This document shows, piece by piece, positions 1-11,958 of a stretch of DNA of 64,000 nt; positions within the stretch are counted from its first letter, which is position 1, and each line of letters opens with the position of its first letter. A program made the translations under genes and the position numbers. The DNA comes from Chiloscyllium plagiosum (taxonomy: Eukaryota). The notes under the pieces were generated by a model. That model saw only the letters and a program-made list of their open reading frames with translations. It ran no database searches and had not been told where the DNA came from. Location: positions 72,534,583-72,598,582 of the forward strand of contig NC_057719.1 in NCBI RefSeq assembly GCF_004010195.1, read 5' to 3'.

Positions 1-576
1 AACATATGTGACGAGTCGGAAGAACTGGGAGAACGAAATGGAGTCTTTACAGGAAACAGAAAATACTAAACTCTGTTCACTGCATGAACACAGGTGGGAC
101 TCTGTTCGGATTTTGAGAGAAAAGCAGCTAAAAGATTTGCCTGAATTTGCAGCTTGTGGAGAAAATCCATAATGGTTTTCAGAGCTATATGATAGAAAGA
201 AGTCAACAGAATTAGCTGCAGAGCTATGGGGAAGCAGTTGGATTTCTGACTGCAAACTGATGAAAGAGTTGAGGCATCCAAGTAGCCTGTAAAAGCTTGA
301 AAGATACCATAACCAAAGAAGGAAAGGCCCTCACAGAGTTTGTAACCAAACTAATAGCTGGAGTATTAACGAGAAAGAAATTTCAGCAAGCTGTGTCAAA
401 TCTTTTGGGTTAGTCCCTGTAAAGGTGAGTGAATCTCCAAGATTTTGTAAAATAAGGGATCTTTCAGGGGTGGAGCTAGGGATGCTAGTGGAAGAGAATT
501 AAAACTGGATTCAAACTATCAATAATTTTGATGATAAACTGTTTACTATATATCTTGAAAAAATGAAATATACTTT

Positions 577-955
577 CATAGTCATACAGCATGGAAACAG
601 ACTCTTTAGTCCAACTTGTCCATGCTGGCCAGACGTCCCAATCTGACCTAGTCCTATTTGCCAGCAATTAGTCCATATCCCTCTAAACCCTTTCTATTCA
701 TATACCCATCCAGATGCCTTTTAAATGCTGTAAATGTACCAGCCTCCACCATTTCCTCTGGCGGCTCGTTCCATACATGCAAAACACATGTGAAAAAGTT
801 GCCCCCCAAGTCTTTTTTTTAAATCTTTCCCCTCTCACCTTACACATATACAGATAATGGTATAAACAAGAGGCATAAGTCCTGCCCTAGTTTGCCTTAC
901 CAAAATGCAACACCTCATTTATCTAAATTAAACTCCATCTGCCATTTCTTGTTGA
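577..955 (-). mobile_element. CR1/HER1-type LINE 3' fragment
   Basis: Reverse complement of the CR1 3' end seen at about 23150-23405 (catgctgta...gactat tail). Confidence 0.75.
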
Positions 956-1004
956 AGAATGTGAAATCGCGTGGCTTGCTTCTGTTGGTTAATTGATGGA
1001 CCTT

Positions 1005-1520
1005 GTTTAGATCTTAGATCTTTAAATTTTATTGTCACGTGTACTTGAGTACAGGAATACAGGAGTACAGTGAATAGTGTACAAAGTCGCCATTTTGCAG
1101 CGCCATCTTAGTCTCAAAAGACACGATTAAAAACAAAGGCAATAATAAACGAAGCAGTTAAAAATAAAATCCAGATCATTCCAATGTCTCCGCCATGAGT
1201 TCTCTCCGCCAGAAAACAGAACAACATATCCATCCCACAGTCTGAGAGCACTCAGATGCCTAGAGTTCCCGTATGCTGCCACAGCCGGAATGCCACCGTC
1301 ACCAAGTACCTGGGCCCAGACATGTCCTTGAGTCTCACTGCTACTGAAAGTGTTGCCATTTGTCAGTGCCACCTTGCCATCATTGATGTCGCTGCCATGT
1401 GCCTGTACTGGGACGAACTCAGCAATGTAGCCGCCGCTGAAGCTGCCAGAACTGGGCCTACCAGTGAAGCAGCTGGTACCTTGTTCTGGCTTGCATTGCT
1501 GTCACTGCCTCCTCCTAGGA
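1005..1520 (-). mobile_element. Unclassified non-LTR retroposon 3' end
   Basis: Minus strand ends ...gtacacgtgacAATAAAatttaaagatctaagatctaaa (polyA signal plus short tandem tail), preceded by a GC-richer body; family not recognised. Confidence 0.4.
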
Positions 1521-2139
1521 TCGCCATTTCAGCAAAGGAACTGTTATTCCTGAGAATATTTTCTTTTTAGAATTACTATACCTTTCTAAAGACTAAAATT
1601 CTGTTTCTGCAGTTATTTCTGTTAGCTCATTCAACATTCAATTATATCCTCTATTCAGGGACTCACTAACCAATGAAATAGTTTGCCCTATTTACCTTAC
1701 CACGAAACTGTATGATTTTCAGCATCTCTAATCACCCTACTTCTAATAAAAGGTACTATCTTCACCCTGGCATAATCTGTGTCAATCTCTTCTGCACCTT
1801 ATCCATAGACTTGCAGTCTTCACTGAGTAAAAGTAAAATTGAAATCAAGCAGTAACAAGAATTTAAATAATTATTTACAAAGGCTTGGCATTACTTTTTT
1901 ACTTTGGCACTATAATAAAACAGAGAATTCCTTACACAACATCTTTAGTAGCTTTATCAATGTGCCCCTTACGAATTTTAACATTTCTTTGCTTTTAAAT
2001 TTAAATTCCTTTTAAATTTGAATCATTAAGTGTTTACATCATTTTTTCGACTTATTCTTCCTCTAAAAATTTTCATCTCTATTTCTGTGGATTAAATTTT
2101 ATCTGATGTTCACCAGCTAAATCTACTAACCTGTAAGGA

Positions 2140-2338
2140 GTTAAAAATCTCACAACCGTCCAACAGGTTTAATTGGAAGCACACTAGCTTTCGGAGCACC
2201 ACTCCTTGTGAATCACCTGATGAAGGAGCGACGCTCCAAAAGCTGTTGTGCTTCCAATTAAACCTGTTGGACTATAACCTGGTATTGTGTGATTTTTAAC
2301 TTTGTACACCCCCGTCCAACACCGGCATCTCCAAATCA
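2140..2338 (+). mobile_element. Non-autonomous Penelope-like fold-back insertion, family B (decayed hammerhead CTGATGAAGGAGCgacGCTCC(a)AAAGCT)
   Basis: 13-bp TSD taacctgtaagga at 2127-2139 and 2339-2351; inverted arms about 2140-2207 and 2223-2300; 38-nt unpaired tail. Confidence 0.8.
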
Positions 2339-2974
2339 TAACCTGTAAGGAAGTTATTTTCACAGTAAGTTACACACCTGATATTTTAATAATGACTCCT
2401 TACCAAAGATTAGATCGTTCATTCATATTTGAAAAATACATATTGCGTGCTTACATTCTTCGAAACAAAAACCAGAAGGGTTTTGGAAATTTGTGCAAGG
2501 ATTTTAGATGACAAATTCAAAATGCTATGGCTCAAATGTATATTTTAAATTTAGATTAAATGAATGTTATACTTTATACTTCCAACAATTATGTAGAAAA
2601 TGCCATTTTACTAAAGGACAATGCAGTTATACCCCAAAGGCTTTAAAAAAATACAAATCCCTTTTCTAAATAGATAAATGATAAAACGATGGACATAACT
2701 TCAATGTAAATCTTATTTTACATATTTTGAACTATTAAGGATATTTTGGCTTCCACAAAACAAAACATTTTTGAAGCTATACAACTCAAGTAATATAACA
2801 AACGCTAGCTTACAGGTACACCATTTAATATTTATTATATGCATTTTATATACATTACTTTTAAACAGCTGTAATTAGCTATGTGGTACAATATTAAAAA
2901 TTTACTTAATCATGTATTGTAAAACAAAACCTTACAAAACTCATCAGAACTTGCAAACTCATCAGAAATCTGTG

Positions 2975-4305
2975 GAAGACTAGAAAAAATACTTTATTGT
3001 ATTAATCATGCATTACACAAACAAATTGTTTAGTTACACCATTAACTGAAGCACTTTGTAAAGCTGGGATAGCTAGACCAAACACAGCAGATTTCTGAAT
3101 CTTGATTTGGCTATTTCAATATTCTATATTTAATCCAAAATAAAACCTTTTCACTCCAGAATTCACACAAATTTTTCAGTTACACAGGATTAGGGTGAAG
3201 CCCCTAAAGCAAGTAATCTGACAGGAAATCCTGGGCTGTAATATAAACAGTGTTCCATTTTAAACCTATATTGAGAGCGCTCTAGTCTTTTGTAAAAGTC
3301 CCATGCTAGACAAAGATATACAGGACTCAATAACACACACAAAACATGAGGGATATAAAGACCAACAGAAAAATGAAATAAATAACAGTAGGCCAATAGC
3401 ATTAAGATGGTTAACCCTTGATAAATAAACTTGTAAATACAGTAAGATGTACAAAATATCACATAGTGATAGGATGCTGCAATTTTTTTTAAAAGAGTTA
3501 ATTGCGGGTATTAAACCCCCTGTGTTTCATCGCAACACATTTACAGTTTTCAATGATTACACTTAACAGCTTTTATAGTGATGTTAAAATAGCATCCATA
3601 TGGAAGGATTTACTGAGGATTTTAATTTGGGCAAGGGAAGAATGTAGTTACATAATAGTGGGTCAGTGAGGATGGTTTGATTGGGTTGTAACCAAATCAA
3701 ACATTTCAGTATTAACCCTATTTGAAACATTATTCTGACAGGAAAATTATACAAAAGACTTATAAAAACTAGACATCCTGTCAAAAGTTCTGTAAAACAA
3801 AGGTTAAAATATATTTAATTTTTTTAATGCTTAAAGTCGACTAAAAGTATGTTGATGTTGGAAAATCAATAAAAGGAATTGAAGATGACATTCAATGGTT
3901 TAGTTGTAAGTTCACTGCCCACCATTGCACCACAATCCCAACCATAAGGCAGGACACAAGAGTCCAAAGTATTTACTGTTGTAAGAGTAACTTCCACATA
4001 ACGTTGAAAACATCTACATTACAGTAAAGTAGATCAGTTCAAATCCAGTCAAGGCTACAAATACTGGTGTTTTATTTTAGATACAGTAATTACAGTTAAA
4101 TGGTTTTGCCTGACGTTATTCAAGGATTTGGTGATACTTGGCCACAAGACACCTGCCTATGATCATCTATCAGGAAGAGCATTGCCCAGGCAGAACAGAG
4201 TAGTACTTAGTGTTACATAATAACCAGGTTACTAATGGCAGTGAAGCAATTCCTGTTCATTTCCAGCTCACCTGCTATGATGGGGCAAAAATATTTTAGC
4301 AATTG
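2975..4305 (-). other. STRN3: Probable STRN3 3'UTR
   Basis: AT-rich stretch without recognisable repeats between the stop codon and the candidate polyA signal; the 3' end is inferred. Confidence 0.6.
2993..2998 (-). terminator. Candidate polyadenylation signal AATAAA of STRN3
   Basis: tttatt on plus; followed on minus by U/GU-rich sequence (ttttgtaaggttttgtttt). Alternative AATAAA hexamers at 4071-4076 and 2831-2836. Confidence 0.5.
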
Positions 4306-4475
4306 TTACACAAATACTTTGGCTAGGGCATCAGCTCCTGCACTAGCAATGTATGCTTTTGATGGATGGAAAGCTACGTCATAAATAGATTCATCACATT
4401 TTTTCCGATGAGCAGTAATTTCTTGAACACATGTCTTGCTATCCAGGTTCCACAGACGTATAGAACAGTCATGAC
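4306..4475 (-). CDS. STRN3: Striatin-3 terminal coding exon (170 nt coding): (S)HDCSIRLWNLDSKTCVQEITAHRKKCDESIYDVAFHPSKAYIASAGADALAKVFV*
   Basis: CAG acceptor; TAA stop at 4308-4306; striatin C-terminus AGADALAKVFV. DSKTCVQEI/DESIY residues favour STRN3 over STRN and STRN4 (from recall). Confidence 0.93.
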
Positions 4476-4790
4476 CTGATACAATTTAAAAAAGGGTCAG
4501 GTTAATATTTCAATTATAAAGCAACATTAATGTCAATTACTGATAATATTAATCTAATTTTCTAGTCATCTACTTTAAAATTTCTCCCCAAGTCAAACAT
4601 TCCAGTAACTCATTATTACTTAATTGAACATTAATTGTAAATTAAATAGTTTTTGAAACTGTGGATTTGTTGAATCTTTTGCTAAGTTATTCATTCTGTC
4701 TTAAAAGTTGTCTAGATAGAGCAAACAAAAATACAACCAGCTGAAGATCAATTTATTACAAACATTTAATTAAAGAAAGCAGCTACATAC

Positions 4791-4877
4791 TTCCAGACAT
4801 CAAGTAGATTCCATTAGGATCTACTGCCAGACTAGTAACAGCATCCAGGTGAGCGACCATAGCATGGATCAATTTAC
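4791..4877 (-). CDS. STRN3: Striatin-3 coding exon (87 nt): (G)KLIHAMVAHLDAVTSLAVDPNGIYLMSG(S)
   Basis: TAG acceptor, GTATG donor; 92-nt upstream intron; WD40 repeat. Confidence 0.95.
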
Positions 4878-4969
4878 CTAAATTACAAAATTATTTATAG
4901 TTAAGCCAGGTGATCCTGTAACTTTACAATAATATTGTTCACAGTTTTCAATAACTTGGTATTACTTAC

Positions 4970-5077
4970 CCGTTTTATTATCAAAAAACTTAATATGTCT
5001 ATCTTCATGAGCCGTGATGGTCACAGGCAATGTGGGATGGCTGACAACTCTATTAATCTGATTGGCTAAAGGAGAAG
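4970..5077 (-). CDS. STRN3: Striatin-3 coding exon (108 nt): (A)SPLANQINRVVSHPTLPVTITAHEDRHIKFFDNKT(G)
   Basis: CAG acceptor, GTAAGT donor; peptide matches recalled STRN3. A possible in-frame alternative acceptor lies 12 nt downstream. Confidence 0.92.
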
Positions 5078-5782
5078 CTGTGTACACAAAGTATGGAAAA
5101 AGCTGATGAAAATCATATTAGTCAGCAAACATTCACACTAAAACTGTGCAACAATTATTTAGCCATTTCAGGAATTTGCTGATTAAAATTTTGATGGAAT
5201 GGAAATAGCACAACTTAACAATAATTAAACGATCATAGCTCTGAAAATTAAGTGCCAATGCTCAGGCGCTAAGTACTGAAATTTCCTTTGAAACCTGAAC
5301 TGCTTCTTTCCTTCCTTCTAATCCATTACGAGGTTCTTTCAAACCTTTTGTATTTTGATAATTTGTATTAAGATCTCCTACGTGATTCCGTATCACATTT
5401 TGGTTGATGACGATTCTGAGAAGGGCTTTGAAATGTTAAATTAAATGAGCTTCCTGCTGCTCATATCCACAGGGACTAGCATTTCTTCATCTATAGGAGA
5501 CAGGGTGACTGACGTGATATATTATATGTCACCATATGTATTTTTTATAGGTATTGACAATTAGGTTGTCTGTTATGTGAGACATGTACAATGAACAACA
5601 CTGAGGTGGTGATAAAACGGATGCACAAGTTGAATTATTGAAAAAAAATGAATGAGTAATGAACAAATTTTTAAAGTGTATAGATATCAACACAATTATT
5701 ACTATAGATGTGAAAAAAGTTTGACAAACTAAACAAGTTCAACTGAATCTATGAATCATAACTATCTTTTTACATTGGAACT

Positions 5783-5915
5783 AGCCATGCTAAATTGCCC
5801 ATAGTCAGGGTTAAATATAGGGTAGGGGAATGGGTCTGGATGGGTTATTCTTCGGAGGGTCGGTGTGAACTTGTTGGGCCGATGAGCCTGTTACCATACT
5901 ATAGGTAATCTAACA
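5783..5915 (+). mobile_element. HE1-like SINE 3' fragment
   Basis: Matches the 3' half of the SINE at 31389-31725 (gccatgctaaattgccc...ttcggagggtcggtgtg). Confidence 0.75.
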
Positions 5916-5989
5916 TAAAGCTAAGTTTCAGTAGCAGCCTAGAGGTTAACAAATTCTGCCCCCCACCCACCTTGAGGAACTGAATACTA

Positions 5990-6660
5990 TTTAAATTAAG
6001 GAAGAATATAGAAAACTGCAGCAAACAGAGATTTGGGAGTCATTTTGCCTGATGTAGAAAAATCCAGCACACAAGTTCAGAAAGCAATGTTGAAGGTAAA
6101 TGGAATGTTGCCCTTTATTTTGTAAAGAATGGAGCATATAAATAGGGTAGTGTTGCCCAAAAAATACAAGGCACTAGTCAGACCACAGCTAAAACACGGG
6201 CCAGTTTTGATCCTCTTGTCTCAGGAAAAATACACTGACATTGGAGACAATCCAGAGAAAATTCATCAGGTTGAACCTGAGAATGGAGGGATTGTTTTAT
6301 GAGGAGGTAGGTTGAGTAGCTTGGTCCAGTATTCACTCAAGTTCAGAAGAATGACTTGGTTGAAACACATTGGGAGCTCTACAGGATAGATGCTCAGAGA
6401 TTGCTTTCTTCAATGGGAGAATCCAGGACCAGAAGGCAGAATAAGGAGTTGTCCATTTAAGACAGCAGTGAGAAAGAATTTCTGCACGGGCTGGAAAGGC
6501 TGGGTCATTAAAAATCTCTGTCTCTCAGCCTGGAATATATTTATTCAATAAAGTTATGGGAAAAAGCAGGAAGGTGGGGTTGAGGATTATCACATCAGCT
6601 ACGATCTCATTGAATGGCAGAGCAGAATTGTTGCCTTGAACGGTCTACTTCTGCGTCTTA
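5990..6660 (+). mobile_element. Decayed CR1 LINE 3' fragment
   Basis: Degenerate CR1 ORF2 C-terminal motifs (RDLGV, LVRP, LETIQR) and a CR1 3' UTR ending ctacttctg...cttatg. Confidence 0.75.
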
Positions 6661-7189
6661 TGAATTGCTACTCTCACTATCATTACTATCTTTTCACGTC
6701 TGTCAGTGATAATCTCTGTATTCTAAATTGGGAGTAGCAATAGGGTAAAGGCAGTGGATAGTGAATGAAACACACTAATACAAGGAAGCAGTAAACTATC
6801 TTGCCCAGAAGATTGCAAGGTCTTCCTGCCTCTCTCCACTCCTCCCAGAAGCAGTACTGGCTTAGATTCAGGCCATCTACCTTGTTTTTTGTTCAGGGAC
6901 CAGTATATGACGCAGAATCTAAATTTACATGCTAGGAAAAGGACTGAAGGAGTAACAATACTGATAATTATCTGTTCATTTAAAATATGCTTGTTTGTCT
7001 TTAACTCCTATGGACAGATGCAAATCTAGCTTTTGAATTTGCAAAGAACAACAAAGTACATCAATTTGTTTCACAACTTGAACACACTGTTTTTCTTTTG
7101 CATAACCAAATAAAAATTTTGATCGACTGACATTAGAGAAATAACAATCAGGTGGCCAACTTTGTGAAATAACACACACACAAAGGAAA

Positions 7190-7477
7190 CAAAAATAGCA
7201 GCGTTCCCACACCAACCCTCCGAAGAGTAACCCACCCAGACCCAGACATTTACCCCTGACGAAGCCACATAACACTATGGGCAATTTAGCATGGCCAATT
7301 CACCGGACCTGCACATCTTTGGATTGTGGGAGGAAACCGGAGCACCCGAAGGAAACCCACGTAGACACGGGGAGAATGTGCAAACTCCAAACAGACAGTT
7401 GCCAGAGGTAGGAATTGAACCCGGGTCTCTGGTGCTGTGAGGCAGCAGTGCTAACCATTGCGCCACAGTGCTGCCCC
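7190..7477 (-). mobile_element. HE1-like tRNA-derived SINE
   Basis: Minus strand reads GGGGCAGCACTGTGGCGCAATGGTTAGCAC (A box) ... GGTTCAATTCC (B box); homologous to 31389-31725. Confidence 0.85.
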
Positions 7478-7854
7478 GCATGTTGAAATGTGAAGTCAAC
7501 CCAAGCTCTGATTTTATTTCAATACCAATTTATAAAACACAGGCAAACCACAGTAAAAAAACATAGCAAGAAGGCAGAGTTCACATGAATAAATAAGACA
7601 ATGAACCAGTCAGGAGAAGAACTGATATGATGAATGAACAAATCTTCATGTATGAGTATACAGTTTCATAGCAATTTGTCACTAAGAACATTTTAGGCAG
7701 GTAATGGATGGGTGGGTTAAGAAAAGATGGAATTCAAGAAGATTCTCTTCATGGATTATCAAGTAGCAAGCTGAAACATTGATAACTTCACTATTTTGTT
7801 TTGTAATAAATAGATTTAACACAAATTTTTAAACAATATTTTCATACAACTCAC

Positions 7855-7995
7855 CGGCGTCTACCTGCGATGCCAACATCACTAAAGGCTGAGAAGTTTC
7901 AATATCATAAATGACTGTGTTGCCACTATTAAAGGAACCCAAAATGTGCGCAGGATCAGCACCTACAAAGTCAACTGATGTAGGGATTCCATTTT
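7855..7995 (-). CDS. STRN3: Striatin-3 coding exon (141 nt): (E)NGIPTSVDFVGADPAHILGSFNSGNTVIYDIETSQPLVMLASQVDA(A)
   Basis: CAG acceptor, GTGAG donor; striatin GIPTSVDF motif; frame continuous. Confidence 0.95.
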
Positions 7996-8982
7996 CTGAA
8001 ATGTTAGTTAAAGCACAGTAATCACATATTTGATAATCTTTAGAAATATTAACTGTACAAACTGCATAAAACTGCCATTGGCTTAGCAGTAAATAGACAA
8101 TTTAGATTTTTAAAGCAGCGAGTTTACAGTGGAGCAGACAGTATAATGTATTAATGACATTAAGGCTACTCAGGCATATTTGAATAAATGAAGTTTTATT
8201 CCACATCTAATCTTTCTCTACCTGACAAGAAAGTGCTTGAAACATGCCTCTTATAAGCACAAACTTCAGATGAAGCAAATCTAACCGGAATACATTCAAA
8301 TTTGCCTGCAGAACATCAGGTTTTCTAACATTATTTACACATTACACAATACATTGCAGAATCTTATGCCACAAATATACCACTTGTTAATTCTAAGAAA
8401 TGGGAGGAGGGATGCTGATATACCACTATGAAGCACAATAGAAAGGGGGCCAAATGCACAAATGCCATGGTCCTTTCTTGTTCCAAGTATAAATTATAAC
8501 AAATAAATATTCCACTGCTACTACAGTAGCTCGTGACAAATCTGCAATGATAACAAGATATCCTTTCCAGACAAATCCTTAGTAATTATTCTATAATTTC
8601 AACTATAATTTTTAAAGTTCTTTAGGAAAAAAATAGCTTCTGCACAGGGCAGGAACACGGATTGTGTTTACAATGCGTTACTTTAAATAGGAACCAGTTA
8701 CCAGTGGCTTATGGTTCATTCTCATTTACTAAGGAGCAATATGGTTGCATCTTTAATCCTCACTTACGCTTTGCACAGGATTTACAGAATGAATTTAACT
8801 TTGAGTTTAATCCTCACATTGTTCTTCTCATAAACCAGAATCCAAGCTTACTAGCCTTTTCACAACTGAACCAACCTCAGCAAAATGTTGAAATAAAACC
8901 CTGTATTTTGCTATTTCGAAAGACAGAAAGAGGCATTACTATAAAAAAAATCTGTTAAATTCAATAACATCGCTATACTTAC

Positions 8983-9150
8983 CCCCGTCTACATTGTAAG
9001 TACTAAGGCAAGGTGACTTCTCAGTTGGGTTCCATAACCGAATAGTGCCATCTGCTGAACAAGACAGCAACCGGTTCTTTATTCCACTAAATGAAAGACC
9101 CCATACTGCATTTGTGTGTGCCACCAATGTATTTGATAGGACACTTGGAT
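8983..9150 (-). CDS. STRN3: Striatin-3 coding exon (168 nt): (D)PSVLSNTLVAHTNAVWGLSFSGIKNRLLSCSADGTIRLWNPTEKSPCLSTYNVDG(E)
   Basis: CAG acceptor, GTAAGT donor; overlaps ORF-track 8939..9127; WD40 signature LLSCSADGTIRLWN. Confidence 0.95.
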
Positions 9151-9919
9151 CTGTAGATAAATATGAAACAAATAGTCAATTTTGAGGTGCTCCTGGTTCT
9201 TTAACATTTCCTCATACATCATGTATTCTACTATTTGCAATACAGTCTCCAGATGAATTACAAGGGAAAATCGCAAAGTAGAAGCTAAGTTAGTTTCCGA
9301 CAAAAATACATTATACTAATTTACCATTTCAGTAGTGGCGCATAACTAATTCAGAAAGCACTTGACAGTATAGTATGGTCTACAATGATTTAATGCATAT
9401 TCTCTCTTTTGATCATGCTGCAGCATATGGTGGGTCCTTATGATTCAATCAGCTGATTTGATTATCAGTGCTAACTTAGTACATTATAAGGGCAATATTG
9501 GAATTCTTTTACAAAAGGTAATTGATATGGGTGCACATCTTGGGCCTTATGCCTGATCTTCTGGACTCTGGATCAACAAAGTTAGGTCATAAGGCCCAAG
9601 GTAAGTGCCGGGCCATCACAGAAGTCTCACTGCAATGACTCTGGGCATTTTCAGTTAAGTTTGAGCTTTCAATGAACAATTCTCCTGCTCATCAGTACAC
9701 TAAAAAAGGTCTTTGACTTTTGGAGACTTCAGACATTTTTGAATTACTTATCTGAACTATCTAGAAAGTAGCAGGCAGAAACTCCTGATTCAAATCAGGG
9801 TACCTATAGATACTCCCTACCCAATCTTTCTAGGTTCCACCACCTGACATCCCCATCTATCACCACTAACCTTACAAGACTTTGCATCTCAAACCCACCT
9901 CCCTATCCCATCTTTAAAC

Positions 9920-10257
9920 ACATTAACCACGATAAAAGATTGTTTAAATGATTTGTCTGTTGAACACTTAGGAGACCACAGTAGCTACTGCCATCGAAAG
10001 GAAAGGCATTATATGTACGAAGAAGTTAGGTTTGGAAATGCAGAGCTGTGTCAGGGTGGAGAAAGGTAGGAACAGAGTGGCAATTTGACAGTGATTGTCA
10101 TTCTGCTCCCATCTTTCTACACCTTGACACAGCTCTGCATTTCCAATCTAGCTTCTTCGTACATGTAATACCTTTAATATGGCACTAGCTACTATGGTCT
10201 CCTAAGTGTTCAACACACTGAAATCATTTGATCAGCTTTTCACTGTGGTGAATATGT
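9920..10257. repeat. Long imperfect inverted repeat (about 165-bp arms, 9-nt loop), fold-back/MITE-like
   Basis: For example tgttgaacacttaggagacca pairs with tggtctcctaagtgttcaaca, and ttggaaatgcagagctgtgtca with tgacacagctctgcatttccaa; loop 10085-10093. Confidence 0.9.
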
Positions 10258-10725
10258 CTCTAAATGGGCAGTATTTATTAAAGGCTACCAAAATAAATTA
10301 ATTAACAAACTAATTTTCAACCAGATGACATGATTAATGGAAACAAAAAGTAACTGTTTTTAAATTTTACATTTTCAGGTTGGCAACTGTAGCAGTGCGT
10401 CTCAGGGATCAGTGCTGGGGTTACAATTACTTACATTAATGATATATTAATGATTTGGATGAGGAAAATGAATGCACTGTAACCAAGTCTGCGGATGGCA
10501 CAGGTCTGCAGAAGAAATTACAGATTAAGCTAGTGGGCAAAAAGTTGGCAAATGGAATATAAAGTGTGAAATGTGAAGTTAAGCACTTTGGTAGGAAGAA
10601 TAGAGGAGCTAAATATCATTTAAATGGAGAAAGACTATATAAAGCTATATGTCAGAGGGATTTTAAAGTTCTCATCCAGGAATCACAAAAAAGCTAGCAC
10701 CAAAGTTCAAAAGGTAACTGAGAAG

Positions 10726-11433
10726 TGTTATGAGGATGTGGGTGTACTGTGCCTTTAAGAGAGTTAAAAGCTAGCAAAACTAACTAGCAAAACTAGTGTT
10801 CTCAACAAGATACAATGTAACATGTGGTCCAGCTATTGGGGTAGCTAGGGTAGCTGGTTGCTGGGAGACAAAAACAAATTTGAATTAAGCCAGTCAGTTT
10901 AAATTATACCCCAAAAAATACCAAATTGCAATCAAGTTTGAATTTAGTATATTGACAATCTTAAAAGCCAACAACACAACCTGATGCTTTGGAGGGATAG
11001 GACCGGGGAAAATTGAACAGTTAGGAGGAGAACTGCCAAGCTACCAGCACGTAGAGACTGTCCGAAAAATAGCTCTCTTAAAGGTACCTTGCTCGATCAG
11101 TGACCTGTGAAACAGAAATCCCCAAGAAGAAAAGACGACAGAGGAAGAGAAGATTTGATGTCTGGCTGGTTTTGAAAATTTGAATTTTTGGCAAATCTTA
11201 ATCGGGGTGGGGGGAGGTTTATTGGACTAGTATTATAGAAGGGAAAGGTAAAAGATAGGTGAGAGGAAGAGGTTGTAAATAGTTATTAGTTAATTATTCT
11301 CTGTCATACTTTAAGAAATGAAGTTGTTAACTTTTACTTTAAATAGTTCTCGGCCTCTTGAATTTGCAGGGGATAAATCTTTTCTGTGTGGCTGGTTTAA
11401 ATTAAGCAGGAGGGCTTAAGTTGTGTTGTAACA
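10726..11433. mobile_element. Solo LTR (probably Gypsy-type), copy 1
   Basis: TGTTA...TAACA termini; 4-bp TSD gaag at 10722-10725 and 11434-11437; homologous along its length to 24881-25539. Confidence 0.8.
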
Positions 11434-11718
11434 GAAGGCAATGGAACGTTGGCCTTTATTTCAAAAGTAATGCAGTATAAAAGCGGGGTGGATTTTGCTA
11501 AAGCAATATAAGACCACAACTGGAATACTGTAAACTGTTCTGGGCCCCTTACCTAAGGTGATATATACTGGCACTGGAGCTAGTCGAGAGAAAGTTCCCA
11601 AGGATGATACCAGGTTTGGAAGAACTGTCTTATGAGAAGTTTAATAGATTGGGGCTGTATTCATTGAATATAGAAGAACGAGAGGCAACCTTACTGATAC
11701 ATAAAAGATTCTTAGAGG

Positions 11719-11958
11719 TGACAGCGTAATGCTGGACAAGCACAGCAGGTCAGGCAGCATCCAAGAAGGAGGAGAATTGATATTTTAGGCATACACCCTT
11801 CATCAGGAATGTCTCATTCAGAAACGTCTTATGCCTATGAAGGGCTTATGCCTGAGACTTTGATTCTCCTGCTCCTGGGATGCTGCCTGACCTGCTGTGC
11901 TTTTCCAGCACTACACTCTCGACTCTGATCTCCAGCATCTGCAGTCCTCACTTCCTCC
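11719..11958 (+). mobile_element. Non-autonomous Penelope-like fold-back insertion, family A (both hammerheads decayed)
   Basis: 14-bp TSD aagattctt(a/c)gagg at 11705-11718 and 11959-11972; inverted arms plus tail ...ctccagcatctgcagtcctcacttcctcc. Confidence 0.8.

Noticed and set aside
2938..2967. Two CUGAUGAG motifs on the minus strand near the polyA site as a hammerhead or C/D snoRNA
   Set aside because: No stem II followed by GAAA and no properly arranged box C/D pair; it is a short direct repeat (aaactcatcagaa).
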